A stretch of DNA of 64,000 nt from Oikopleura dioica (lineage: Eukaryota > Animalia > Chordata). The stretch lies in contig OU015567.1 in the NCBI GenBank assembly GCA_907165135.1, positions 8,494,001 through 8,558,000 of the forward strand, in the 5' to 3' direction. Position numbers and translations under genes: made by a program. The notes beneath the pieces were generated by a model. The model did no database searches. It was not told the DNA's origin and saw nothing but the letters and a program-made list of their open reading frames with translations. Position 1 is the first letter of the stretch. Each line of letters begins with the position of its first letter. Positions 11,461 to 23,000 of this stretch are shown piece after piece.

Positions 11461-13917
11461 AGAATACCCTTCTTGGCACCTTCACTCGCACTTATCCGCT
11501 TTCATTTTTCGATGATTACTTATGTTGAAGAGTTTTTTTCAGTAAAAATCAATGAGTTTGTGTCAGGCGGGCGCTTCAACTCGGACAGATGAGTCTTCCT
11601 TGATTTCAAGGCTGAGAAATAATATATTTCATACATCTTTTTCGTTGTCGAATTGCCTCCTGTTTTTCAAAATTCATGACCGGTCTCTTTTTTGTGAATT
11701 TAGATTAATCGCGTTATGAGAATCATTTTGATGAAACACAAGAATAAATCTTAATTAGCTTGCGTGAAGATCGCATTTTCAGACTTTTCAATGTCATCAA
11801 AAGTAAACTAATAACGGCGTAACCCTAACCCTAACGGTTAGGGCCTAACCCCTTATTTGTCAACTTTTGTGAGCATTACATTTTTTTTTTATTTTGGAAT
11901 TTTCGCTTTATTTGAAAGATCTTCCGATAGGAAAGCAGATCATCTTCCTTGTTAGAATCTGGTTGAGCCTTTGCAACCAAATGAACCGTTTTTTCGTGTT
12001 TTTGCTCCCGTGAAAGTGAAGGCCAACGAAATGACCTCAATCCGACTAGACAGTGTTTCGAGAGACTTGTCGGAGACTTGTTATGCATTTGCACTTTCAC
12101 TTTAGTGGAATTTCTTGGTCCGGCGTTCTTAATAGTGCGCACTTTCTCCTTTACCGTATAGAGTCTATACGGTATAGTGTAAAGCACGGTTTTCAGTCAC
12201 CATAATCAGAGATGAAAAAATAACTTTCCATGGATTTCAGTGGATCTTAAACACTAGTCAGCCAAGGTAAAAGAAAAATGTATTTTTATAGTCCTTCCAC
12301 CTATCCTACTCTAGTTGGTTTTCCTTACAATGCTTAACAATATTAATTGACAATTATAGTAGTACGTTGTAAGAACTTTGTTGTTAAAACGTGCGATAAG
12401 GAAGTCAACACATTGAATCCGCCTAGTCAATGTTTTGAAAAACTTGAACGGGGCTTGTTATGCAAAGTGGAATTTCATGTTGCGGGATTCTCAGCAGCCT
12501 GTCTCCTTTCCTAAGTTCTTTTTCGTGAGCACTATTGACCATAAGAAATGTGACGGGAATCCGTAAGCTTCCTTCAAAAGTCACCAGAAAAGTATTGAAA
12601 AAATTGCACTCTTATTAATTTTTCAAAATTATTTGAGTCATTAAAACGATGTTTTTGGTAATTATCACTTAATTTCCGTTTAAATTTGTACCTCAACTTT
12701 GCCAGAGTAGCTTGAATATTCTAACTCTTGAATTTTGAGCCTAAATAAAATACTGTGGTGATAACAAAGGTCGCACGTTGTTGAACAAGCATCCTTTCAT
12801 GGATTCACGGGGAAGTTTCCAACAAGGATATTGGCTTAGGTAATTCAATAATTAAAATTGCTTGATTTGCGAAATTTCCTTCAGTTGATCCGTAAATATT
12901 TTGAAACTCTAACGATAGGTCAGAACTCTACCATTTCTGCCAGAAGGATTCTAGTAAACGTGAATACTAACGTTTTTTAAATAAATAGTTTAATGTCTGA
13001 CAATTAGATTCCGCGGAATTGAAACCGCGTTCACATGACAAGTACGCAAGTCTGCAAAATCCACTGTTGGCACTTGGCTTCATGTTTGGTATCGTGACGA
13101 GCGTACGCGTAATTATAATTGGTCACAATTATAGAACCGATCAAGTTTTTAGGAAAACACGCACCTGGGCGCAAGGTAGGTAATTTTATAATTGTCAATT
13201 ATCAATTAACAATTGTGGACTCATCCGATTACGAACCCGGTTAAAAATTATCTGGATCGACAGAGATAGCACACGCCATGGCCCATGGGGCTTGATCTTT
13301 TGTCCCTTTTCATATTTTTTTTATTTTATATTTGTTTTAATTTATGTTGAATGGGAAAATTGACGTCCGGGAATATTACCAACTACAGTTATTGTATCAG
13401 GGTCTCCTTATCTCGTCACAAATAGACACAGCCTGTAGCTACTTATACCGACACATCAAGCTGAACTATTCGTGAACTCCAAGACAGAAAAGTCCGATTA
13501 TGAATTGATTGCAGAAGAGGTTGTCCGGCTGGTTTTAGGTTGACACTTATTGAACCATTTCGTCATTATTTTCGTAGGAATCAAAGCGCCGTAGGAATCA
13601 AATGAATCCCTCCTTGTATAGGAATCTACGAGCGCTGTGATTTTCTGGTCCGTATACGGTAAACGTTCCAACTTTAAATTAAATGGAATTAGAATTATCG
13701 ATTATTGCAAACGATTTTAGAATATTCAAAAATTTATTTCGACATTGAAGATCGAGTTGTATGTTACTTGTAACAACAAGTAGAAATGGTGGCGCAGTCG
13801 ACGCAACGTCAGTAGTTTGACTTTATAACCGGAGGGCCTAGTTTCTAATGCTTATAAACGAGGTGCTTTCAGATATTTATTAGAAGAAAAGAGAGATCGT
13901 TTTTCTTCGTCGTAAAG

Positions 13918-16625
13918 ATGAAACTTCTATCAACGCTTTTAGCTTGTGCTCTTGGTAAGTAAAACTACTCGTACGGCTAAGATATCATTTCCTTACTATG
14001 GGGGTAGATAAAGTAAAAAAAACCGTTTTCGGTCGTTATTTTAATTTTTAGCCGATCGAGGTCACACGGAAGATGAGCTCAACACGATCATCGCTGCCCA
14101 CAGAATGATTCGAAACGGCCCACTTACCGATGCTGTCTCTAGCAGCTTGTCAAGTGTGGAAGCATTCGCTTTAGAATCCGTTGAATCTTTTGGCAGTCAA
14201 CGATCCTTTTCTGACGCCGAAAAGATCGTTTCAATGGCGAGAAACATCACCAACCCATCATCCAGCGAACGAGCTGGCTACTCCGATGCTGACGATGAGT
14301 GCGATTCAGAATACCCCTTCATCGATGGACGATGCAATCATCCTTCTGGAAACGGACAGCCGCTACAAACTTACGCTCGTCTGCTGCCAGCCTCTTACTG
14401 CGATGGATATGGCTCCCCAAGATGCTCTTCCGATGGACAGCCTTTGCCAAACCCACGCGAAGTCTCCGTCTATCTTCGCAGCAAATTCGACCCCGCTGAC
14501 CGACCGAACAAGAAAACCAGTCATTTTCTGAACGTCGCGGGCCAGTTCATCACACATACAGTCCTCAAGACTCCAGATCGTAAATCGATCGCGACTTGTG
14601 GCTGCGAAGAAAATAAACATTGCCTCAACTGGTCGACAGAGAATGATGCTGTTTTCGCGGAGACCGAGTGCAATTTCATCACGCGATCGTCAGTTTCCCT
14701 CGGAAACTATGATGGAAATCTCGTTTTGGAGCAGGTCAATCAGCTGACTGGAACATTTCAAGGTAAGAAGATATTTAACAAAAGGAACCAACAAGTAAAT
14801 CTTTAGCCGGCGTCATTTACGGTTTTTCCGAGCACCATTTGAACGCCCTTCGTCTCCCGGGAACTCCCTTCATCGATGGAAACGACATGACGATCGGCGG
14901 CGATGTGCTCCCAAGAACAAAAACAATCAACGCCCGCGACAGCTCCTTCATGAATGTAACAACTCCCTTCGAGTTGAATCCGGGACTCAACGAACGCGGC
15001 TACCCGTCTTTCGTCTCTGGTGACCCTAGAGCTTTTGAAAATGCTTTTCTCGGCAGCTTCCACGTTCTTTTCCACAGGACTGGTTGATTTTTTGCTAAGA
15101 ATGTTTCGTAAATTATTTCAGCGAGCGTCATGACATGTTTCAATACTAAACTTTCATATATTTTCGCTCCATAGTGCACACGTTGTTGACCAAAAACATC
15201 ATCAATTTTTATGGTTGCAAATAACATAAAAATTGAGATGAACACGACTAAGGATAATTATCAAAAACATTCACCAGCCTAGGCAATTTGTACCACAAAC
15301 ATAACCGACATATTTTATTGTTATTACTAAAACACTTAGATCAAGCCAGTTTAAGACTTCACAATGTAGTTGCACAAGAACTTCAAAACGTTTTCCCCAA
15401 CGCTGACAACGAGTACATTTTCAACGAGGCCCGCAAATTCAACATCGCGATTCAGCAAAAGATGCTTTACGAAGAAATGATCCCTGCGCTCTTTGCCGAA
15501 AACTTGGAAAAATTTGATGGAGGATCACTCAAGTCTTCTGATGTTCCGATCTTCCAGTCTGAAGACAGACCGATTGGACCTGTAGTCTTCAATGAGTTTA
15601 CTACGTCTGCTTTCCGAATCGCTCATTCCGAGCAGCCTAATCACGTGGTCTCAGCAGACTCAAACTACAACATCACCCGCCAAGCCGAGCTCAAAGACAA
15701 CTTCTTCGACCCGCATGTGATGATGCTTGACGGACCAGGTGCAATTTGCCGTGGCGCTGCCAAGTTCCAGTCTCTCTCCGCCGGACCATCTTTTGCCGAC
15801 TCGGTTCATCACAACTTGCTGAAGCCACACACAGCTTCGTTCGGAACTGATCTTTTCGCGATCAACATTGCTCGTGGCCGAGATCACGGAATCGAAGGAT
15901 ACAAAGCTTACTTCGACCTTTTCAAGAAAGATCCTGAATGTGCAAAACTCTACCGCGGCTGGGACGGAATGATGCCAAAATGGCGAAGTCTTATCAGAAA
16001 CCAATATCGAGAGCGAGAAGAAGACGTCGATCTCTACGTCGGTCTGCTCATGGAAGAACATCTCCCCGGCGCTGCCACTGGGCCAACTGCTTCGTGCATA
16101 ATGATGAAACAGTTCAAAAACTCGAAAACTGAAGATCGCTGGTTCTACGAAAACGACAATTTCTGGAAGAGTCGCGCCAAGTTCGATCTCGTCAAAAAAA
16201 TCGACGTCGCCACGGTCATGTGTATGACTTTAGAAAACATGGAAAGCGTTCCTGATATGCCATTCATTGCCGAGGGATCCGAAATTCTTGGACGAAAGAG
16301 GCAAATGGTTAAATGCGCGGACTTGCTCAGAAACGTTGACTTCAAAAAATCATACGGACTCGACATCAACAAAAAGGGCGAAGAACTGTTAGACGCCATT
16401 GAAAAAGGGCTCAAAGACGCCGGAGCTAGAAATCCGGACAAGAACGTGAAACAAATCAAAAAGATCATGAAAAGATTCGACTGGATGAGCGAGAATGCCA
16501 ATGTAGTCGGATGCGAGAATCCTGCTGGAGCGGGAATCGGAGCCGGAGACCACTCTTATTTTGACTTCGCTGTTGCAGGAGCTGATAGAAATATTTTCAC
16601 CTTAATTTCTAAGAAATACTTTTAG
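13918..16625 (+). CDS. Secreted animal heme peroxidase (peroxidase-cyclooxygenase superfamily, peroxinectin/TPO-like); exons 13918-13954, 14052-14762, 14807-15077, 15356-16625
   Basis: Signal peptide MKLLSTLLACALA; GRCNH; GQFITH (distal Gln/His); EQVNQLT; GDPRAFEN; FHRLHN (after splicing); SAFRIAHS (proximal His); NIARGRDHGI; DVDLYVGLLME; DRWFYEN. Confidence 0.92.
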
Positions 16626-17099
16626 GAATAATTTCATTTTACACGTCGAAAAATGATTAAAGATTTTTATCCCTCAAAGACTTCGACATTTGCTACTCGA
16701 TTAAAAAATACATTGAATTCACTTTGAAGGGATTCTACGACGATTTTGTCTGCCTCGATAATGCTCCATCTCGAAAGCTGCAAAACTTCTCTCGTCACGT
16801 GAATAAAGCAAACAAGATTTTCAATAGGGCGAAGGGAAAACTTGGTTGCTTCGGAGAACGTCGCTGATTGCATATTTCTGAGCTTCATAATTTGTATTTT
16901 TAATAAATTGAAACTATATCATAAAAGGACTGTCTCTACAATAAGCTGATTTATTTATGAATATGAAAGCATTCAAATCAATAAAACTTATGTACATAAC
17001 AGAGTGGCAGGAAGACGAGGTATCTAAGACTTGACTGAGACTTGTGAGTGAAGACGAGAAAGAGTGGCAGCGTTATTTCGTAACCTTGTAAAGGAGCAT

Positions 17100-20000
17100 T
17101 TACGGTGTTGGCGATTCTGTTAAACTCCGGGAACGCGAGCGATGAGCGTGCCTCCTTTTCAGCACCAGTTCGCTTTCTTGCTCTTCAGTTGGCTCTCGAT
17201 ATCTTGAGTAAGGATTGTATGCTTGCCGATGTGGATGCTCAAACTCTTCAATTCGGGGGCCATAAGACGAGCCATCGTCAATCAGTCCAGTTTCAGAGTT
17301 CCAGAAGAGATCTTTCGACAAGTCTGGCATGTAAGCAGGCCTAAAAGATGCATCCGAGCGGCATTCCGGAGCGGTTCCTTCCACTTTGCACACGCATTTG
17401 ACTCCTTGAGCAGTCGTCCAAGGCTCGTGAAGGGGATGCGCGATAGCCTTGGTTTTTCATTGATAAGTTGGGGATAAAATGAGGGCGACTTACGCTTGTG
17501 TTGTCTTCGTAACATGCCAAGTTGCTTTGATCGCGGGTGGTGAAATCTTTAGTCGTCGGGGTAGAGTCGAACTCGTGGTTGTTTCCCGATCGACCAGTTG
17601 CTTTTATTCCGAGAGTGATGGTGATCATATATTTTGTTCCAGGTTTAATATTGCTAAATGAGAGTTAATAAAAGTCTCAAACTGATTTACAGACTTGATT
17701 CTGGCAGCTTGAGTCATTTCCGAATTTCTTCTTTCGATCGGCTTGTGGCCTACTTGGGGCATTTTGCATTCACCTCTGCACCTGAAAATCAACAACAGTC
17801 ATTTATGCCAGACTTTATCAAACTTACTCTTCCTCTTCTATAGAAATATACGCAATTTCAGTTATATCATCTCTTTTTGGATAGGGCCATTTCCAAAAGA
17901 AAAGAATTTCTGTGCTCAAAACTTGCCGCAACTCTGTATCAATGGCAGGAGCTGCTCTTGTTCGTTGAGTGATGGTTGTTCGTCGTTTTGGGCCAGTTTT
18001 GAAGCTGCAATGCATGTCGATCTCGTACTCCGAAAATGGCTCCAGATTCAACAGTTTGTAAGGACTTAATTTGAAAGATCAGAAAAAGATAGAAGATCTG
18101 ACCGAACCTGTTTGCATTTTCGACCGTTCCAGCAACAGCTCCAGCTGTACTGTACGTTAATTTAATATCACTGCAGTGCCTGTTTGCCTTTTCAAATTCA
18201 AGCTCGATGAAATCTTCGCCAAAACTCTTGACCTGTACTTCTCTTACAGTATATCTCTTCGTAACTCTTCGCGATCTGTCACAATGATATTTTTCCGAGT
18301 CTTGACAAGAAAGTCCAAAAACGATGAGTCGGTAGTCTCTTCCTGGAATGATATTTTGGAAGACAACTTTTGTTTCGATTCCGACAAGTGGGACGACTTT
18401 GGTTTTTGCTGATCCGCCGCCGACTGTTGCAAGTGAGACTTTAAATGACTGAATTGACTGAGCACGGTTTTTCAAGGGTCTTGAGGTCAGAATAGCGCTA
18501 GAAAAAAAGAATCAGATATTTCCTGAGTTCTTTTGCTTACGTTATAGTTCCCGCTTCTTCATCAGCAACAATATCAACCGTCGGTTTCGGAATTATTTTC
18601 GGAATTCGCTGTTCAATAAGAGTTTCTTTTGAAGCATGAGGCAGAGCTTCGCAAGTATCAATACTCTTCTCGTTGCAACAGCTGCATTGGTTACAGTTGC
18701 ACAGGTCTTCATTTCCGTCGGAGTAGTCAGCATAGCCATAGTCGCCGTAGGCTTGGTATGGGCCGTAGTTGCCGTAATTGTAAGAATAAGGAGAAGAGTA
18801 GGGCAGATTGGAGCCGAAGAGAAATTTGTTGTAACTCGTGCAATTTACATTCTTTACAGCGCTCACCAGAAATCTATTGAAAAAAAATTTACCTGTATTT
18901 TCTATTCAATCTTGAAATAAACCTGTATTGGGTGCCCGAATCGACAGTATCTTCGTAACAAAGGACATTGCTCTGCTTCGTGAACTGAGAGCACATGACC
19001 TGCGCTGTGCGCGTGATTTCTTTGGGTCGAATAGTTGTGGAAACTCGTGTCGAGCCGCGCTCCTTGATGACTTCGTACTCGTTTGCTCCCTTGATGCCTT
19101 CCCACGTGAAAACAATAAAATTGCTCGACAGAAATCTGAGAATTATGTTATCTTCGTTGACAGCGGGCACTTTTGTTACACCAAGAGTTCTAGCAATATC
19201 CGATTGTCGGCTCAAATCTCCTTGGAATGCCTCTAAAATGAGCTTAGTTACAGAGATGGGTGGAAATAAACTCACCCAAAGAGAGGGTATAAGAAGTCGA
19301 TGGATCGAGTTTGCCAAGGGTATATTTTTTGATGTTGTTCTTATTATCAAAATAAGCGAAAATCTTTGTTGGCTGTGAAACGTCGCTGCTCCATGAAAGT
19401 TTGTACCGCGTGATTCTTGCTTTTGGAGGAGTCCATTCAAGAGTTATCTCGTCGCTCGTGCACTCAGTCACTCTGAGATCAACAATTGGATCGATTTCAG
19501 TTGAAAAGTTGAAAATCGCAGGAGGAGTTTTTATATCTTCGCCAGTGTTCACATCGACTAAAGGGATGACCCCATAGACCTGAAGAATGTTTGATTATTT
19601 TTTTTTGTGATTCTAATGGACCTCGATGTTGTATTTTTGTCCTGGATCAAGGCCCTCAATGTCCAAGACCTGGACTTGTTTCCGTGTCTCTAATCCGTAC
19701 TGATCTTTCGGCAAGGTATATCTCGGGTCGAAGTGATCAATCACTTGTGAGGAGCGAGGATCATACGGATCAGACATAACTCGAATGTGGTAGTCCCTAA
19801 CGGGCGCATCTGGATTCTCCCATTTGATCGTGATTGTATTTTCTTTTCGATAGTTCATTTCAACTCGCAGCGCTTTGGGACGATCGGGTGCGGTTTGGAC
19901 GATTGTTGAAAGTGCTTCTGATGGAATTTGTTTGTTATCGACTAGGACTAAGGCTCGGAGCTGGATTTCATATTGTCGGCCGGGTAAAATCATCGGAATG

Positions 20001-23000
20001 AGGATATATCGGGAATCTTGACCTGTTGGAATTGGGTACGTTTGGGACTCTCTCACGTGATCATCAGTCAAGTCAGAAACATTAACTAGGTATCGGATGA
20101 CTGCAACAGATGGTGGATTCCAGGTCACACTTGCAGTGTTGTTTCCATGGAGCTTGACGACCAAATCAGTTGGATTTCGTGAAAGTACTGTTCCTTTTAT
20201 TTCGGCAAAGTTGGAAACAAGTCGATGACCCCGCTCTTCAAAAATTGAAGCAACTTTGATCGTGTATTCTTGATTTTCTTCCAGTCCCAAGCTCCTTGTC
20301 TGATAAATATTACACGGATTCTTGTGGCGGTGGGGGCAATAACGAGTCGCCCCGTGATGCAGTCGGTCGATTTTACTCGTTTCTTCGTTGATGAGCTTGT
20401 TATTCTTCCATGTTTGCACCTTGAAATGAGTCACTGGCCCGTCTGGCTCTAGCCATTGAAAATCAAGTCTTCCGGAGCTTGTACTCGTGATGAAAATCAA
20501 TTCCATCGGGGCATCGAGTTTCGTAAAGATCGAAATTTGCTCACAACGTCCTTCTTGTAAACTGTCATCAACTTCCACAAGCGCGGAAATATTAACGGAA
20601 TATTCAGTTCCTGGCTCTAGTCCGCTCGTCCTCCATGTTTGCTCGTTTTTATTGGAAACGTGGTTGATTCTGTTGATTTGGAAGCCATGATTTATGTCGA
20701 TTTTGTATTTTCTGATTTCCACATTTTTGTCGAGAACAGGTTTTTTCCAAGAAATAGCGAAGCCGTCTTCATTGGTCTCAACGAGTTGAAGAGCTCGAGG
20801 CGGCGGAATCGATGTCAAATGCTCACCGAACGCGGCATCGGAGTATTTTCCATTTCGTTTTGCTTTCACATTCACTCTTAATAAGTTTGATGAGCATAAT
20901 TGGAAAAAAGAACTTTTGACTTTTCTTTTTGATTAATGTGTCGATTACCTGTAAAGTGTTGCTTCTGATAAATCAGAGAAAGTAACTGATGTGCGTCCCT
21001 TGTCAACCCTCTCGTGCTTGATGACTTTTCCAGTCTCTACCTCAAGACATTCAACGAGATACTCTTCAACATAAATCGCGCTTTTGCGGTTCAAAACACA
21101 ACTTTAATTTATCTCAACTATTAAACTGTTTTTGAACTGTGCCTTGGATGCCACGTGACTTCAAGTTCATTTTGTCCTCTCTCGACAAAGTCAATTTTAG
21201 ACGGTTTTGGAATCGCAGTCGCCGCAGTGATCGAAGTCGCCAGCGATTTCAGCGGCGGTTGATTGTTGCGCGGAATTATAGCAGCGACAGAAATATCATA
21301 GTCTCGTCCAGCTACGAGCCCTTTTATCACCAGATTTTTCTCGCTTGTATTTTCTGCTTCCGGCGCGCCTCCCTGCTTGCTTTTGTAAATGACTCGGTAC
21401 GACGGATTTTTAGTTTGACTGTTGTCTTTCCAGATGATGTGGAGATAGTCGGAGCCCGAGTCGACCACTTGAAGACCAGAAATAGCTTCAGGAGGCATTT
21501 GGAAATTGTAAACGGCTTGTTCAGACATCCCGCCCTTGTCAGACACGCCTGTGAGCTTGACACTGTACATGTCCAGTGGATACAGTTTGTTAAATACAAA
21601 GGACCAAACTCTTTGGCCATTAATCATCTTCTGATTGAGACCGTTTCTTTGATTCACAACAAACTCTGGAATGAAGTGAGAAGGCTCCGAACTACCGACG
21701 AACATTCGAAACTCATTTACATCGCTTCTCTCAAATTTATCCCAAATAAATTCCGCTGACGTTGATGTGATAACTCGAGAATGTTTGAAATTTTGTGGCG
21801 CGATTTCTAGCGTTTTGAAAGCAACAGACTCTTTCGGTGACTCCCCACTATTTACGATTGCCACAACGTCGATCACATAATTTTTGAAGGGTCGAAGATT
21901 CGTTAGTTTTCTATAAGTATCTCCCCCTGGAATTTCTTGTGAGTTGCCGTCTTGATCCGAGACCCTCCATTTCTGAGGAAAGCCATCTCTCGGTGACCAT
22001 CTAATGGTTGCTGTGGTGGAGGTTACCTCTAGAACTTCCAGGCCAGTTGCTCCAGCCACATTTGCAGGTTGCATTTCGATTTCACGGACAAATACGTCAG
22101 ATTCTATCTGCTCGTCGCCGAATCGAACTATCGCTACTGCTGTCAGTTTTGAGACGCCCGATGGAATGTTGGGAATCGTCAGAGTTTGTTCAACACCAGG
22201 TTGTAGATTTTGATTCTTGAAAACATCGACATTGTTGAGTGAAATCTTCACTTGGACGTTTTGGGCGTTGTTGAGCGAGGTTCTCCATTTGATTGTTGCT
22301 CTCGGGAAATCGCTTTCGACGGAAAGAACTTGCGGTGCTTCGGGTTTTGTGTACGCGAAAATTGGTTGCTGGTTGGTTCGACCGTTGAGGGTGTAATCTG
22401 CGCGAATGCGGTAGCGTTTACCAGGAGTGAGGCTCGTGAATTGAACATAAGAATTTCTTCCCTGCATCCAATGATTTGTAGGAAGCTCGGTTCCTCTGTC
22501 AGTTTCGAGGTAAACAATCACATTCCCTGCCAGAGGTGGCAGCCAAGTCACAACAATCGTGTCTGTGGACCTTTTTTCGACAACTTCTTCGAATCCATCA
22601 ACTCGGAGAATGGGCGGAATTGTCTTCTCAATCGAAACTTCCCCATTTTCTCCAATCAATCCAGTAAGAGTCAATATGGACTCAGAGTAAGAATTCACGC
22701 CGCTAAAAACCACTTGAGTTGCAAATTTGGGAGCAGTTTCTTCTAGCGGCTCATTATTGTTCCAACTCAACTTGGCGACCCATTTTTCAATGGAGGGCAT
22801 TCGTAACCAATTCACAATCAATTTATTTTCTTCCCGGTTTGTTGAGAGGCGCCTTTTCAGGGTTTCGAAGATTTTCATTGCCTTTTCGAGATTGATTGGT
22901 TCACTCGGTTGGTTTGATTTTGAGCCATTTTGATCCTTGGCGAAAACGGAGATTACATTCGGTCCTGATTTTCGGACAGGCATTGTGAACGTTTTGCTTC

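Noticed and set aside
11817-11851. TAACCCTAACCCTAACGGTTAGGG telomere-like motif
   Set aside because: Only 2-3 units; such motifs occur in small repeats (also at 49237) and do not indicate a telomere or fusion site.
11876-12950. Minus-strand ORF 11876-12187, a weakly similar segment near 12420-12480, and an IYGSTEGN...IIELPKPI stretch near 12830-12910
   Set aside because: Similarity to protease or acyl-CoA ligase motifs is too short, and stops interrupt it; at most a decayed pseudogene.
16667-16888. 73-aa minus-strand ORF between fibronectin and the peroxidase
   Set aside because: No motif or splice support; may be chance.
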